A stretch of 64,000 nucleotides of DNA from Balanoglossus misakiensis (GCA_040954595.2 JBECUI020000037.1:1-64000), one strand, 5' to 3'; counted from the first letter of the stretch, positions 21,327 through 32,119 are shown. The notes: generated by a model not told the origin, from the letters alone. Translations and numbers: made by a program.

Positions 21327-24300
21327 TTAGAATCGCAGGCGATATCCAATGGTAAACTCTAGCCGGTACTGGTCGGTAGCAGCTCCCATGGTATTCAGTG
21401 CACCTATTTCCTTTGCCGTTGCTCCGTCAAACAGTCTTCCTCTTAACTGAAAATAAATCATGTTTTCTGGGGTAAGCAGGGAGACACGATCGAAGTAATA
21501 AGCGATATAAGCCGACCACTGCCAAGGAATGGTAAACCCAAATTCATTATGCCAGTCTTCCGGTCCCCAAACGTTCCAGTCTACGGAGGTTTTTAATACA
21601 ACTTGGTATACCTGATAGGTCAGCGCGGCAGTTGCGGAATACTGTGGCTCTATGCCGTTTTCCTTACTGTTCTGATTTCTTGCAAAAAGAGTGGTTAACA
21701 GAATACGTTGCCTGGGTGCAAAATTGGACACCAATTCCGCTTTCAGCGAAAAGAGATTGTACGCTGCTGCGAGGCCTTCGGGAAATACATACCAGAGGTT
21801 TCGACCTGGATTAGCTGGGTCCGGATCACCTGAAAGAAATTCCATTTGATCGGTACGACCAAGCATAAAGGTGTAGAGTAATCCGATAGAAGCCGCCAAA
21901 CCATCTTGTTCTCTGTCATCTCTATTCCAGTTAAAGAAATACGTAGCACCTGTTTCATCGTAGGCAAAAAGAACTTCTGCCTGTAATGCTTCGCGGTTGT
22001 TGCCATTTACATAGTAGGGCACATCGCCTATGACGCCACGATTATTGGTAGACAGAGGCCCAAGCACGGGGGTACGCCAGAGGGCGGCTGATGATACCCG
22101 AAAGTTTCCCCAAATTACATCCAATCCGGTGCGTAATTCATGTTTGTTGCTTGCCCCCGTTCTACTTATTTGACTCCCAGTATGTACCATCTGTCCCCGC
22201 GATTCGGCAAGCGGACCAGTGTAGCCGTATTCCGTCCAAAATGTAAAAAGCGGATTCGTATCAATATCAAAGGTAATTCGTCCGAGACCAGCAAATGTAT
22301 CGACGGCAGTCATTGTACGAATATAATTATCATTTATATATTCCCAACCCGAGGTGTAGGCACCTACTTCGGTCTTGAGCCGAATGACATTACCGAAAAG
22401 GGGCGATTGATATGCCAGATAGAGGGAACCGCTATGTCCCGGTTTGCCACGATCAGTCCCTTTGAATTTCTTTGCAAACTCACCCTCGTAGATTGCTCCA
22501 AGGGAGATACTGCCGGCATTGCTTATGTCAATTTGTCGGTAGTACTTCGCAAGAAGTGATGGACGACTGCCGTAAAAGACTTCAGGACCACCGTAGATCG
22601 TTAATCCTTCCAGGACCGAGTGGAAGGTAATTTCGGCGCCAAAGGGAGCCTTTGAGCCATTTATATCCATGGTATCCTTGTCAAAAGATTCCGGCAGGAT
22701 ACCGAAGACATCCCCATCAGCCACCCAGTCGGAATGTCCCGGCAAGCGGTAGCCATCATGATAAAATCCTTCAAAGTCAAGCAACCAGCTTTGAACAAGG
22801 AATGATGCACTGTACAACTCAGGCACTAGTTTATAAGTGCGAGCAAGATCATGAGCAGGGGCATCTTTAATAGCCTGGTATGGGTATGAATCAAAGAAAA
22901 CAGCATCCATCGCTTCATACTGGAGACGGAGATCAAAACGTCCATTAAACCAGGTGGTTGGTTTTAGATCAGCAATACTAAAACCAACATCAGCAACAAG
23001 AGAAACACCTTGTTCCCAAGATATCGGATAATCAGTTCCGGCCGTGTGCACACGTATACCACCCCAAAGGTAGAACTGCGGTTGGAACCAACTATTTCGT
23101 AAGGGCTGCTCGGCAATAGCAAGAGATTCATCGATGGAAACATTATTAAAATGTTCCACTACTTCCTGGTCTGACAACTCATATAAGTCCTTTGACCAGA
23201 TATCTTGCAGGAGATAGTATGCAGAACGGGGAAGACGACGATTAATTTCTTTATCGCGTATTGTACTCTGTGCAACAATACCAAACCATTCTTCGTTCAT
23301 ATTATTGGGACTATGCGGTTCGTACATAAAATCGTACCAATACCCACCGTTTGACCATGACCCCTCCGTATTATGCACATCAAATTCATCTTCCAGACCG
23401 CGCTTCCACCATTCATCAATCCATTCAAAGACAAATCCACCAACACTATTTCTACTACCGCCCTTTCCATAGCCCTCTTCAAAAAGCTCCTGCCATTGAT
23501 GTTTCAGGAATACGGATTGATTGTATTGGTCTTCTTGATTCGTTTTCGCATTAAATGCATCTGCACCAAACTCAGAGTAGAGGACAGGCATATTCAGTAA
23601 CTCTGCAATACGCGAAAAATAGGGTGATGAATATGGGTCATCGGCTACATAGGCACGTTTCCCTCGATAGATATTGGTAGCAAGAAAATCCATATCCTGT
23701 AGGTATTTTGCTATCAGTTCAATGTATTGTATATCACCATTGACAATGCCTACAGGAATCTTTGTTATGTTTTGTATTTCGCGCACGGCTTCGCCGTAGA
23801 GACTGTACAAGTATTCTGCCTTTGCAAGTGCTTGTTCACCGACGGGCAGGTTTTCAATTTCATTGCTTGCCCATTCCAAACCGTAGTTATTTTCATTTCC
23901 AAGCATGAATAGAAGAACACCGGGAACATTCTTATATTCTTCCGTAATTCGGATAGTTTCTGCCAGAATAGTTTCGCGAGTTCGAGGCATAGAATAGTCG
24001 GTCCTCGGATACCACTTCCCGTCGACACTAATTCCGTATCTTCCAAATGTATAGTTTACAACTGTATAGATACCGTATGTTTCGTATATGTACTGTACCC
24101 ATCGCGGTGGGATCATTGAAAAACAACGAATGACCTTGGCTCCCATCTCTTGAAGCAGCACAAAATCGGTATCAAGCATGCGCTGAATAAAGTCATCCGG
24201 CTGACCCCAGAGGTTGTACGTATAGTTTTCTCCTATAGGGGTAAAGGCATAGACAATGCCGTAAATAGGCATAGGGGTATCATCAACAAACAGCCGCCAG

Positions 24301-24395
24301 CCTTGTTCGTCTTGCTGAAATTCTATTGTTTCTGCTTGAACAGACTGAAAGCATGTTAAAAATAAAGTAAGTAAAATAGTAAAAAACGGTTTCAT
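21327..24395 (-). CDS. Clan GH-A (GH2-TIM/GH158-like) glycoside hydrolase fused to a C-terminal predicted outer-membrane beta-barrel
   Basis: Signal peptide, LGNENNY (acid/base), SEFGAD (nucleophile), FEWIDEWWK; about 550 C-terminal residues of aromatic alternating strands ending FTIGYRLRF. Confidence 0.7.
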   Translation of the reverse strand: MKPFFTILLTLFLTCFQSVQAETIEFQQDEQGWRLFVDDTPMPIYGIVYAFTPIGENYTYNLWGQPDDFIQRMLDTDFVLLQEMGAKVIRCFSMIPPRWVQYIYETYGIYTVVNYTFGRYGISVDGKWYPRTDYSMPRTRETILAETIRITEEYKNVPGVLLFMLGNENNYGLEWASNEIENLPVGEQALAKAEYLYSLYGEAVREIQNITKIPVGIVNGDIQYIELIAKYLQDMDFLATNIYRGKRAYVADDPYSSPYFSRIAELLNMPVLYSEFGADAFNAKTNQEDQYNQSVFLKHQWQELFEEGYGKGGSRNSVGGFVFEWIDEWWKRGLEDEFDVHNTEGSWSNGGYWYDFMYEPHSPNNMNEEWFGIVAQSTIRDKEINRRLPRSAYYLLQDIWSKDLYELSDQEVVEHFNNVSIDESLAIAEQPLRNSWFQPQFYLWGGIRVHTAGTDYPISWEQGVSLVADVGFSIADLKPTTWFNGRFDLRLQYEAMDAVFFDSYPYQAIKDAPAHDLARTYKLVPELYSASFLVQSWLLDFEGFYHDGYRLPGHSDWVADGDVFGILPESFDKDTMDINGSKAPFGAEITFHSVLEGLTIYGGPEVFYGSRPSLLAKYYRQIDISNAGSISLGAIYEGEFAKKFKGTDRGKPGHSGSLYLAYQSPLFGNVIRLKTEVGAYTSGWEYINDNYIRTMTAVDTFAGLGRITFDIDTNPLFTFWTEYGYTGPLAESRGQMVHTGSQISRTGASNKHELRTGLDVIWGNFRVSSAALWRTPVLGPLSTNNRGVIGDVPYYVNGNNREALQAEVLFAYDETGATYFFNWNRDDREQDGLAASIGLLYTFMLGRTDQMEFLSGDPDPANPGRNLWYVFPEGLAAAYNLFSLKAELVSNFAPRQRILLTTLFARNQNSKENGIEPQYSATAALTYQVYQVVLKTSVDWNVWGPEDWHNEFGFTIPWQWSAYIAYYFDRVSLLTPENMIYFQLRGRLFDGATAKEIGALNTMGAATDQYRLEFTIGYRLRF

Positions 24396-24503
24396 TATAA
24401 GGAACTTCCTTGCTATTAAATGTGTTAAAACTTTGCTTAAAATTATAAACCTAAGAAATTATATGTTTAATTACAAAAACATGCAATAATTTTTACAATA
24501 TGC

Positions 24504-24532
24504 TTGACATATTTAAGCACGGGTACTATACT
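24504..24532 (+). promoter_or_regulatory. Near-consensus sigma70 promoter of the CBM lipoprotein
   Basis: TTGACA, 17-nt spacer, TATACT. Confidence 0.7.
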
Positions 24533-24688
24533 GTAGGCACTGAATATGGTTTTGCAATATGCGGGGATCATACATAGTTAAGAATTATTGCTTATGAATG
24601 AAGAAAAAGTGTACGATTATGTAGTAAATAAGTGCCCGATTCAGTTGTGGAACCATTGGGCTGGAAAAAAAATACAGGAGGAACAATA

Positions 24689-27649
24689 ATGAGAAAAAAT
24701 ACCGTTATTGTCGTTTTAATAGTACTATTAAGCGTAGTGTTTATTGGAGGGTGTGGTTCTAGCGGAACTACTACAAATGTCGTAGTAAACGATCTTGTTT
24801 TCAAGGATGGGCTTACTAATGCAACGATAGGCGCATTTGCTGAGCCGGCAGGACTTACAGTAGATGAAAATGCCGCGGGACAGGGGAGATTTGGTAGCAC
24901 TGCGATAAAATTTTCTTGGACCGAGCTTGCTGCTGTCGGCCAATGGAACGGTGTTGCGATTATGTTGGATCGTGCCTACGATTTTAGTAATTACAATGCA
25001 TTAACGTTTTGGGCAAAGTCGGCACTCGACGAAGAAGTGTGGATAGACGAAATCGGCATTGGTGGGTTTGTAATCCCAAGTCCGGTGTACTTTACGAAAA
25101 TACGTTCTTCTAACGTTTCTCAACAAGAATTAGACGCAAACGCCACCAATAGAATTGGTACAACTTGGAAGAAATATATTATCCCATTCTATAATAGCTC
25201 GGTATTGAAGTCGGTAACGACTGCTTTCTACGTATCAACCGGGTACAAAGCTGATAAACCCAACCCCGAAATTTATATTGATGACATTAGATTTGAAAAT
25301 ATTACCTATCCTTTCCCTGAACGCATTAGTTATACTTCGGTGATAAGCGGAATTGAATTAGCAAAGGGGCAGTCGTCATTAGGCCTCCCCGGTGGGGTTG
25401 GTCAAAATGCCGCAGAGCCGACAAGTTTGAATGGAATAGATATGTTTTTTAAAGATAGTGCTATGACTATGTCCAAGATTACCGATTATGGTGGGCAGCA
25501 GGTTGCATGGGAAGTTGCTGATACCGGTGTTGCCGATACGGTAACTGAACTGGACACGAGCGGTAATCTTAATACATACCTGAAAGGCGTTGACACCGGT
25601 GCGACAACAGCACGAGCAAGACTGGATTATGTCAGTGCCGACTATTTTGCTGCCGACATACCGATAACGGTAACTGCTCTTGATACCGACTCGAAGTACT
25701 ATCTCTACGGCGAAACAGGCAATGAAATAGACTTTGTCGGAACATTTGTTCAAAGCCAAGTAGCAGACAGTGCTACTGCAACGGAGAAGACAAATGATGC
25801 CGATGGTGCTGTATATTACGAATTGACTGCTAATGCGGACTCTGCCACAGGTGGTTGGGAATCTGCTATAAATGTTAACCTCAGTGTTCAGAATGGGTTT
25901 ACACATTTCGTGTTTTCGGTAAAGACAACCGATGCGGCAACAGCTGCAATGACGTTTAGATTTGAAGATGTCAATGGTGCATCGAGCGATGTTGAGATTC
26001 CTCTTACAACTGATTGGGTAACACAACAAATACCACTCGTTGATCTTGTTGGGCTTGATTTGACTAAACTGCGGAATTTCCTGTACGTCTTACCGATCGG
26101 AGCTGTTGTTCATGTTGATGAATTACGAGCAGAGTTGGTAATTGTTGCTCCTGTTACCGATACGGATCAAAAATACTACATCTACGGAGATGATGATGTA
26201 GCCGAAATTGACTTGGTAAACGAAATCTTTTTTGGAGGGTTTGAGGGTACCATGACCGCTACTGAGTTGGAAACTGGTGGCGTTAATGACGGTGCATACT
26301 ACCAGTTAGTAGGTACAAACAGTAATGGTGTTTGGGCAGCAGGCGGTTGGCAGGTTTATTCGCTCGCTGGTTCCTTGCTCGACCTCAGTGCCTATACGCA
26401 CGTCGTATTCTCGGCAAAGGCTCCGACTGCAACAAGTATTTTGGTGAAACTGGAAGACAGCAATGGCAAATTCAATGAGATTCCAGTTACCGGAATTACA
26501 AGCGATTGGCAAGAATATACTGTACAGCTTTCAGAATTTACAGCTGTTGGTGTTGATGTTGATCTGACCACAGTAAAATCTCCATTTCTCTATGTACTGA
26601 GCGGATTAACGGATGAAGTTCATATTGATGAGATCAGGTTTGAGACAAGAGAAGTAACACCTCCAGTAGACCCCTTGGGTACGGACGGGAAGTACTATGT
26701 CTATAGTGGTACGAACAGCCTTGCTGAGGTTGAAGTACCTGGAACAGATTTTAACCCTGGCTTTGATGGAACCGTAACTGCTACCGAAGAGGCAGCAGGT
26801 GGGTTTAATGATGATGGCGAGTACTACAAGCTAGTTGGTACCGCAGCATTAGATTACGCAGTTGGTGGTTGGAAGTTAAGTGCCGGCACGATAGATTTGA
26901 GCACTCTTACACATATTGTGTTTGCTGTAAAGGCTCCGACAGCGACAACTATGAAGGTGAAACTGGAAGACGCCGCTGGCGGGAACGCTGAGATTGAAGT
27001 AACCGAAATTACAGCTGATTGGCAAGAAAAAACAATACTGCTTACAGATTTTGCAGCTGTTGATCTGACTCAGGTAGCGGCTCCATTCCTCTATGTACTG
27101 TCCGGAACAAGTGATGAAATTCATATTGATGAGGTCAGAGTTGAGACAAGAGAAGTAGCAGACCCCTTGGGGACGGACGGGAAGTACTATGTCTATAGTG
27201 GTACAAACAGTGCTACTGAGGTTGAAGTACCTGCAGCACATTTGTTCGGCGGATTCGAAGGAACCATAACTGCTACCGAAGAGGCAGCAGGTGGGTTTAA
27301 TGATAATGGCGAGTACTACAAGCTAGTTGGTACAGACGTTAATGGTGTTTGGGCAGCTGGTGGTTGGAAGGATGTTGCCGGCACTGTAGATTTGAGTAGC
27401 CTTACAAACGTTGTGTTTGCAGTAAAAGCTCCAACAGCGACAACTATGAAGGTGAAACTGGAAGACGGCAATACCCCGGTAGGGGCCAATGAGATTGAAG
27501 TAACCGAAATTACAACTGATTGGCAGGAAAAAACAATACCGCTTGCAGATTTCGCAGCTGTTGATCTGACTAAGGTAGCGGCACCATTCCTCTACGTACT
27601 GTCTGGACTAACAGATGAAATTCATATTGATGAAATTAGAATTGAGTAA
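24689..27649 (+). CDS. Surface glycan-binding lipoprotein: CBM-like domain, Ig-like domain and four tandem CBM-like beta-sandwich repeats
   Basis: Lipobox IGGC; AGGAGG RBS; YNALTFWAKS..WKKYIIP..IYIDDIRFE; four ~160-aa repeats from KYY.Y to H(V/I)DE.R.E. Confidence 0.75.
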   Translation: MRKNTVIVVLIVLLSVVFIGGCGSSGTTTNVVVNDLVFKDGLTNATIGAFAEPAGLTVDENAAGQGRFGSTAIKFSWTELAAVGQWNGVAIMLDRAYDFSNYNALTFWAKSALDEEVWIDEIGIGGFVIPSPVYFTKIRSSNVSQQELDANATNRIGTTWKKYIIPFYNSSVLKSVTTAFYVSTGYKADKPNPEIYIDDIRFENITYPFPERISYTSVISGIELAKGQSSLGLPGGVGQNAAEPTSLNGIDMFFKDSAMTMSKITDYGGQQVAWEVADTGVADTVTELDTSGNLNTYLKGVDTGATTARARLDYVSADYFAADIPITVTALDTDSKYYLYGETGNEIDFVGTFVQSQVADSATATEKTNDADGAVYYELTANADSATGGWESAINVNLSVQNGFTHFVFSVKTTDAATAAMTFRFEDVNGASSDVEIPLTTDWVTQQIPLVDLVGLDLTKLRNFLYVLPIGAVVHVDELRAELVIVAPVTDTDQKYYIYGDDDVAEIDLVNEIFFGGFEGTMTATELETGGVNDGAYYQLVGTNSNGVWAAGGWQVYSLAGSLLDLSAYTHVVFSAKAPTATSILVKLEDSNGKFNEIPVTGITSDWQEYTVQLSEFTAVGVDVDLTTVKSPFLYVLSGLTDEVHIDEIRFETREVTPPVDPLGTDGKYYVYSGTNSLAEVEVPGTDFNPGFDGTVTATEEAAGGFNDDGEYYKLVGTAALDYAVGGWKLSAGTIDLSTLTHIVFAVKAPTATTMKVKLEDAAGGNAEIEVTEITADWQEKTILLTDFAAVDLTQVAAPFLYVLSGTSDEIHIDEVRVETREVADPLGTDGKYYVYSGTNSATEVEVPAAHLFGGFEGTITATEEAAGGFNDNGEYYKLVGTDVNGVWAAGGWKDVAGTVDLSSLTNVVFAVKAPTATTMKVKLEDGNTPVGANEIEVTEITTDWQEKTIPLADFAAVDLTKVAAPFLYVLSGLTDEIHIDEIRIE
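25682..27646 (+). repeat. Four intragenic ~480-510 bp domain repeats
   Basis: Repeats start near 25682, 26159, 26669 and 27161; copies 3 and 4 share long near-identical DNA stretches (period 492). Confidence 0.85.
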
Positions 27650-27671
27650 GTCTATTATTTAGTTATTTGAT

Positions 27672-27702
27672 AAGGGATATGGCTATGCCATATCCCTTTT
27701 TT
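27672..27702 (+). terminator. Rho-independent terminator
   Basis: AAGGGATATGGC-tat-GCCATATCCCTT followed by a T run. Confidence 0.85.
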
Positions 27703-27724
27703 ATGATATACTAAAGTAGTTGCT

Positions 27725-28636
27725 ATGACTTATAAAGTTCTTTGTGTATTATGTCTTGCATTTATTTTATTATCGTGTACAGAAAATGTTGATATGCCGC
27801 GGATTGTTTCTGATAATTCAAATCAGCCAGTTCCCAACTTGAATGATGCTCACAGTCAATTTTCAAGCCATAGGTTGGTCTTTCAAGATGAATTTGTTGG
27901 GACTACCCTTAACAACAATGTATGGCATTACGATACACAAGGTAATGAACATGGCTGGGGCAACAACGAAATTCAGACATATCAAAACGGCACGAATGCA
28001 CGTGTTCAAAATGGTGCGCTTGTTATTGAGGTAACGAGAGAGGCGGACCTGTATAAGTCTGCACGACTTCATACACATGGCATTGAGCCTTTTCAGTATG
28101 GTATTATTGAAGCTTCTCTTATGGCACCGGCAAATGACGATACCGGTATAGCCGACAAAGGAACATGGGCTGCTTTCTGGATGCTTGGGGATAATTTTAA
28201 CGGCTGGGGACACGATAGCTACGGCGGAAATACAGGCTGGCCACGTTCCGGCGAGATTGATATTATGGAGTTGAGTGGCAGACTCGGCTTAACAAAAAAT
28301 TTAGGCACAATGCATTGGCAGCACCCCGATGATTCAAATAATCATGGTGCTGGGCATACGTATAAAGGTGGCGAGCTTCTCGTTCACACTGCAGCAAGTG
28401 CATATCATGTGTATGCTATTCGTTGGAATAAAGACGTGATAGTATTTTATGTAGATGGGCATGAGTACTATAGTAAAGACATTAGCTCTGCGGAATTTGA
28501 TGAGTTTCGCAAACCATTTTTCCTGTTGCTCAACGTTGCGGTCGGAGGAACACTGGGAGAGACTCCGGATCCGAGGAATTATCCACAGCGCATGTATGTA
28601 GATTGGGTGCGGGTGTATCAAGAAACAGATGGATAA
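27725..28636 (+). CDS. GH16 endo-beta-1,3-glucanase (laminarinase-type) lipoprotein
   Basis: LLSC lipobox, WGNNEIQTY, WAAFWMLG, WPRSGEIDIME, FFLLLNVAVGG, VDWVRVYQ. Confidence 0.92.
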   Translation: MTYKVLCVLCLAFILLSCTENVDMPRIVSDNSNQPVPNLNDAHSQFSSHRLVFQDEFVGTTLNNNVWHYDTQGNEHGWGNNEIQTYQNGTNARVQNGALVIEVTREADLYKSARLHTHGIEPFQYGIIEASLMAPANDDTGIADKGTWAAFWMLGDNFNGWGHDSYGGNTGWPRSGEIDIMELSGRLGLTKNLGTMHWQHPDDSNNHGAGHTYKGGELLVHTAASAYHVYAIRWNKDVIVFYVDGHEYYSKDISSAEFDEFRKPFFLLLNVAVGGTLGETPDPRNYPQRMYVDWVRVYQETDG

Positions 28637-28642
28637 GTAGAT

Positions 28643-29554
28643 ATGAAGCGAATATGGATTAAAAGCATTATACGGCAGCGGTGGTTATACTTTATGTTGT
28701 TACCGGGTGTGGTTTGGATGTTTATCTTTAACTATATTCCCATGTACGGCATTATTATTGCATTTAAGGACTTTACGGTTCTTGATACCTTTGCTTCCGC
28801 CCCGTGGGTTGGCTGGGAACATTTTCAAGCATTCTTCGCAGATGAAAAATTCTTTCTGGTCATGAAGAATACAATTGCAATTAGTGTGTTTAAGCTGGTA
28901 TTTGGCTTCCCTCTGCCGATTATGCTTGCCATTATGCTTAATGAAATATATCATACACGCTTCAAAAGATTTGTTCAAACGGTTTCCTACCTTCCGCACT
29001 TTTTTTCCTGGGTTATCCTCGGCGGTATTATGCTTACGTGGCTATCGGAGTCGGGTATTGTGAACGAAGTGTTTATGAAATGGGGCTGGCTCGATGCCCC
29101 TCGTGCATATATGACTGAACCCGATTTATTCTGGGGCATAGCTGTAATCTCTGATATCTGGAAAGAACTAGGCTGGAATGCCATTATTTATTTGGCAGCG
29201 ATATCAGGAATACCACCGAGCCTGTACGAGGCAGCAAAAATTGACGGGGCAAGCAGAATGCAGCGTATATGGCATATTACCTTGCCGTCCATTGCTGGTA
29301 TTACGATAATATTGCTTATTCTGTCTGTTAGTAGTATACTGAATACTAATTTTGATCAGATGTTAATGCTACAAAACCCTTTGAATGTATCATCAAGTGA
29401 AGTTATTGATACCCTGGTGTACAAGCTGGGTATAAGAACCGGTCGATTTTCGTATGCGACAGCAGTTGGGCTTTTTAAGTCGGTGGCGGCAATGATCTTA
29501 TTGGTAACTGCTAATCTGGCAACAAAAAATTTAGGTAATCGAAGTTTGTTTTAG
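28643..29554 (+). CDS. Oligosaccharide ABC permease (LplB/YteP-like)
   Basis: YIPMYGIIIAFKDF, SYLPHFFSW, LYEAAKIDGA (EAA loop). Confidence 0.92.
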   Translation: MKRIWIKSIIRQRWLYFMLLPGVVWMFIFNYIPMYGIIIAFKDFTVLDTFASAPWVGWEHFQAFFADEKFFLVMKNTIAISVFKLVFGFPLPIMLAIMLNEIYHTRFKRFVQTVSYLPHFFSWVILGGIMLTWLSESGIVNEVFMKWGWLDAPRAYMTEPDLFWGIAVISDIWKELGWNAIIYLAAISGIPPSLYEAAKIDGASRMQRIWHITLPSIAGITIILLILSVSSILNTNFDQMLMLQNPLNVSSSEVIDTLVYKLGIRTGRFSYATAVGLFKSVAAMILLVTANLATKNLGNRSLF

Positions 29555-29565
29555 TGTAGGAAGAA

Positions 29566-30444
29566 ATGAAGATAGGTAAAGGCGAGCGTTTATTTGATTG
29601 TATCAACTACAGCATAATGGTTTTGTTATGCTTTGTTATACTGTACCCGATATGGTATGTCTTGATACTGTCCTTTAATGAGGGTACTGATGCGGCAAGA
29701 GGTGGAATTTATTTTCTTCCGCGTACATTTACCCTAGAAAATTTTTATGTCGTTCTACAAAACGCCGGCATTCTTCAGTCTTTTGCTGTAACAATTCTTC
29801 GCACCGGCCTGGGAGTAGTAACCCATGTATTTTTTACAGCTATGGTTGCCTACAGCCTTTCAAAACGTTATTTGAAGGGGAGAAAAGTTTTTATCGTAAT
29901 AGGTGTTATTACCATGTTTTTTAACGGTGGGCTTATTCCAAATTTCTTGCTTATCCGCAATCTAGGATTGTTTGATAACTTTTTGGTTTATATTCTGCCG
30001 ACGATGTTTAGCTTTTTTGATTTAATAATATTTCAAGCATTTTTTAGGGAACTCCCCAGCGGACTGGAAGAGGCGGCTCATATAGATGGTGCAAACGAGT
30101 GGTATATTTTTCTTTTTGTTGTGCTTCCGCTCTCCACACCTGTTCTTGCAACGATTGCATTGTTTAACGGCGTCTTTCACTGGAATGACTATTTTACAGG
30201 CATTATTTATATTAATCGAAACGAGTTGCAACCGATACAAACCTTTTTATTCAAGGTTATTGCACAGAATGCTTCGTCCCAAATGTTGGCAAATACAGGG
30301 GGTGCTGCTGTTATGCGCAGCACAACTTCAAAGTCTATAGAACTAGCGACAATGGTCTTAACGGTTTTCCCGATTGTTTGCGTTTACCCATTCTTACAAA
30401 AATATTTTGTACGGGGTATGCTTATTGGTGCAGTAAAAGGATAA
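29566..30444 (+). CDS. Oligosaccharide ABC permease (LplC/YtcP-like)
   Basis: FNGGLIP, LEEAAHIDGA, YPFLQKYFVRGMLIGAVKG. Confidence 0.92.
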   Translation: MKIGKGERLFDCINYSIMVLLCFVILYPIWYVLILSFNEGTDAARGGIYFLPRTFTLENFYVVLQNAGILQSFAVTILRTGLGVVTHVFFTAMVAYSLSKRYLKGRKVFIVIGVITMFFNGGLIPNFLLIRNLGLFDNFLVYILPTMFSFFDLIIFQAFFRELPSGLEEAAHIDGANEWYIFLFVVLPLSTPVLATIALFNGVFHWNDYFTGIIYINRNELQPIQTFLFKVIAQNASSQMLANTGGAAVMRSTTSKSIELATMVLTVFPIVCVYPFLQKYFVRGMLIGAVKG

Positions 30445-30477
30445 CTTTGCATAAAGGCAAAGTATACAGGAGGAATT

Positions 30478-32112
30478 ATGAAAAAAAATATATTACAGAA
30501 ATGTGCTGTGATAGTACTGTTCACGTTGTTATTAATGGGAGCAGGAACAGCTGAACAGGAAAGTGGCGGTGTACTGCCCCCTGCTCAGGTTACGATTGAT
30601 CCGGCGAGCCCCGGCTGGGAGCAAGATACGCGTCCGGTTACATTGGATTGGTATATTCACTTTCCGTGGTATACCGGCAACTGGGGACAGGATGAGGTTA
30701 CCAAGTATATTACCGAGCTAACCGGCGTTGATGTGAATTTCATTATTCCGGCTGGCAATCCTAATGATAAACTAAATACCCTCATTGCTTCCAATACCCT
30801 ACCGGATATTATTACGCTTGGCTGGTATGAGGATATTGCTATTACTTTGCAGGATCCCCGATTATCCTACAATTTAGAAGAATTGGCAGAAGCCTACGAT
30901 CCGTATTTTTTTCAAGCGGCAAGTCAGGATAAATTAAATTGGTATCGACAGGAAGATGGTGCGGTGTACGGATATCCCAATGCATCGTACACACTGGATG
31001 ATTATAAAAATCCAGACAACATTTTTTCAAATGAAACCTTTATGGTTCGTAAGGATTTGTACGAAGCACTTGGCAAACCAGACATGAGTGATCCTGATGT
31101 TTTTCTTGATACCTTAAAGCGTGCAAAAGAGTTGTTTCCGGAAGTCGACGGACAAGCGCTTATTCCTATCGGATTTCAGGAATTTAATGGTGGGCCTTCA
31201 TCACTGCAGGTTTACTTGCAGAATTTTCTTGCCGTACCCAACAGTAAGGACGGTGCTACAGTATATGACCGCGACAATGACCCGGAGTATATTAAGTGGT
31301 TAAGAGTCTTACGTAGGGCAAATGAATTAAATCTTATTACGAAAGATTTATTTTCAGATACACGACAACAGATTGAGGAAAAAATTACTCAAGGCCGCTA
31401 TTTTGTTCTGTTGTATCCTTATATTGATGCAATTTGGCCGCTTACGGCTCGGTATCAGGAAAATAAGGATAGCAGTTACATCCCTATAAGTGGTCCTAAA
31501 AATTCCCAAGGTGATGAGCATCAGCTTGGCGGACCGGGCATATCCGGTTGGACAATTACATTGATTTCAAAAAAGAACCGTGATCCGGAGAAAACCATTC
31601 GCTTATTTACATTCCTTATTTCTGACAAGGGCATGGAAGTTGCGTTCCTCGGTAAACAAGGGGTCAGCTGGGATAACATTAGTGGCAAGGCGGCATTCTT
31701 GCCTGAGGTTGATGCAATGCGATCTGAGCAGCGGGCTGAATTTGATAAGAAATACGGGGCTGATTGGCTTTTGTGGATGTTTATGGATACAGCGTACCAA
31801 TTCCGCAAGTGGCCAATTCCTGCACCGGAGTCATACAATCTGCATAGAGAATGGACACGGGGTAAATCGGTACCACGCTTTGAGTTTGAAAACATTCATC
31901 CCCCGGGCCCAACCGATCTTGGCAGCTCTTTGAACAAAATTAGTATTAAGTTTGGAGAAATATTGCCGCAACTTATTCTTGCTGAAACGGAAGCCGAATT
32001 TGATGCTATATGGGATGACTTTCTTACATATAGGACCAATAATGACTTTGATGCAATACAAAGTTATAGAACAGAAAAATATTTACTAAATAAACAACGA
32101 TTGGGTTTATAA
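30478..32112 (+). CDS. Oligosaccharide ABC substrate-binding protein
   Basis: Signal peptide, TGVDVNF..DKLNTLIASNTLPDII, DGAVYGYPN, VRKDLYEALG; follows two permeases. Confidence 0.9.
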   Translation: MKKNILQKCAVIVLFTLLLMGAGTAEQESGGVLPPAQVTIDPASPGWEQDTRPVTLDWYIHFPWYTGNWGQDEVTKYITELTGVDVNFIIPAGNPNDKLNTLIASNTLPDIITLGWYEDIAITLQDPRLSYNLEELAEAYDPYFFQAASQDKLNWYRQEDGAVYGYPNASYTLDDYKNPDNIFSNETFMVRKDLYEALGKPDMSDPDVFLDTLKRAKELFPEVDGQALIPIGFQEFNGGPSSLQVYLQNFLAVPNSKDGATVYDRDNDPEYIKWLRVLRRANELNLITKDLFSDTRQQIEEKITQGRYFVLLYPYIDAIWPLTARYQENKDSSYIPISGPKNSQGDEHQLGGPGISGWTITLISKKNRDPEKTIRLFTFLISDKGMEVAFLGKQGVSWDNISGKAAFLPEVDAMRSEQRAEFDKKYGADWLLWMFMDTAYQFRKWPIPAPESYNLHREWTRGKSVPRFEFENIHPPGPTDLGSSLNKISIKFGEILPQLILAETEAEFDAIWDDFLTYRTNNDFDAIQSYRTEKYLLNKQRLGL

Positions 32113-32119
32113 AGTATTG

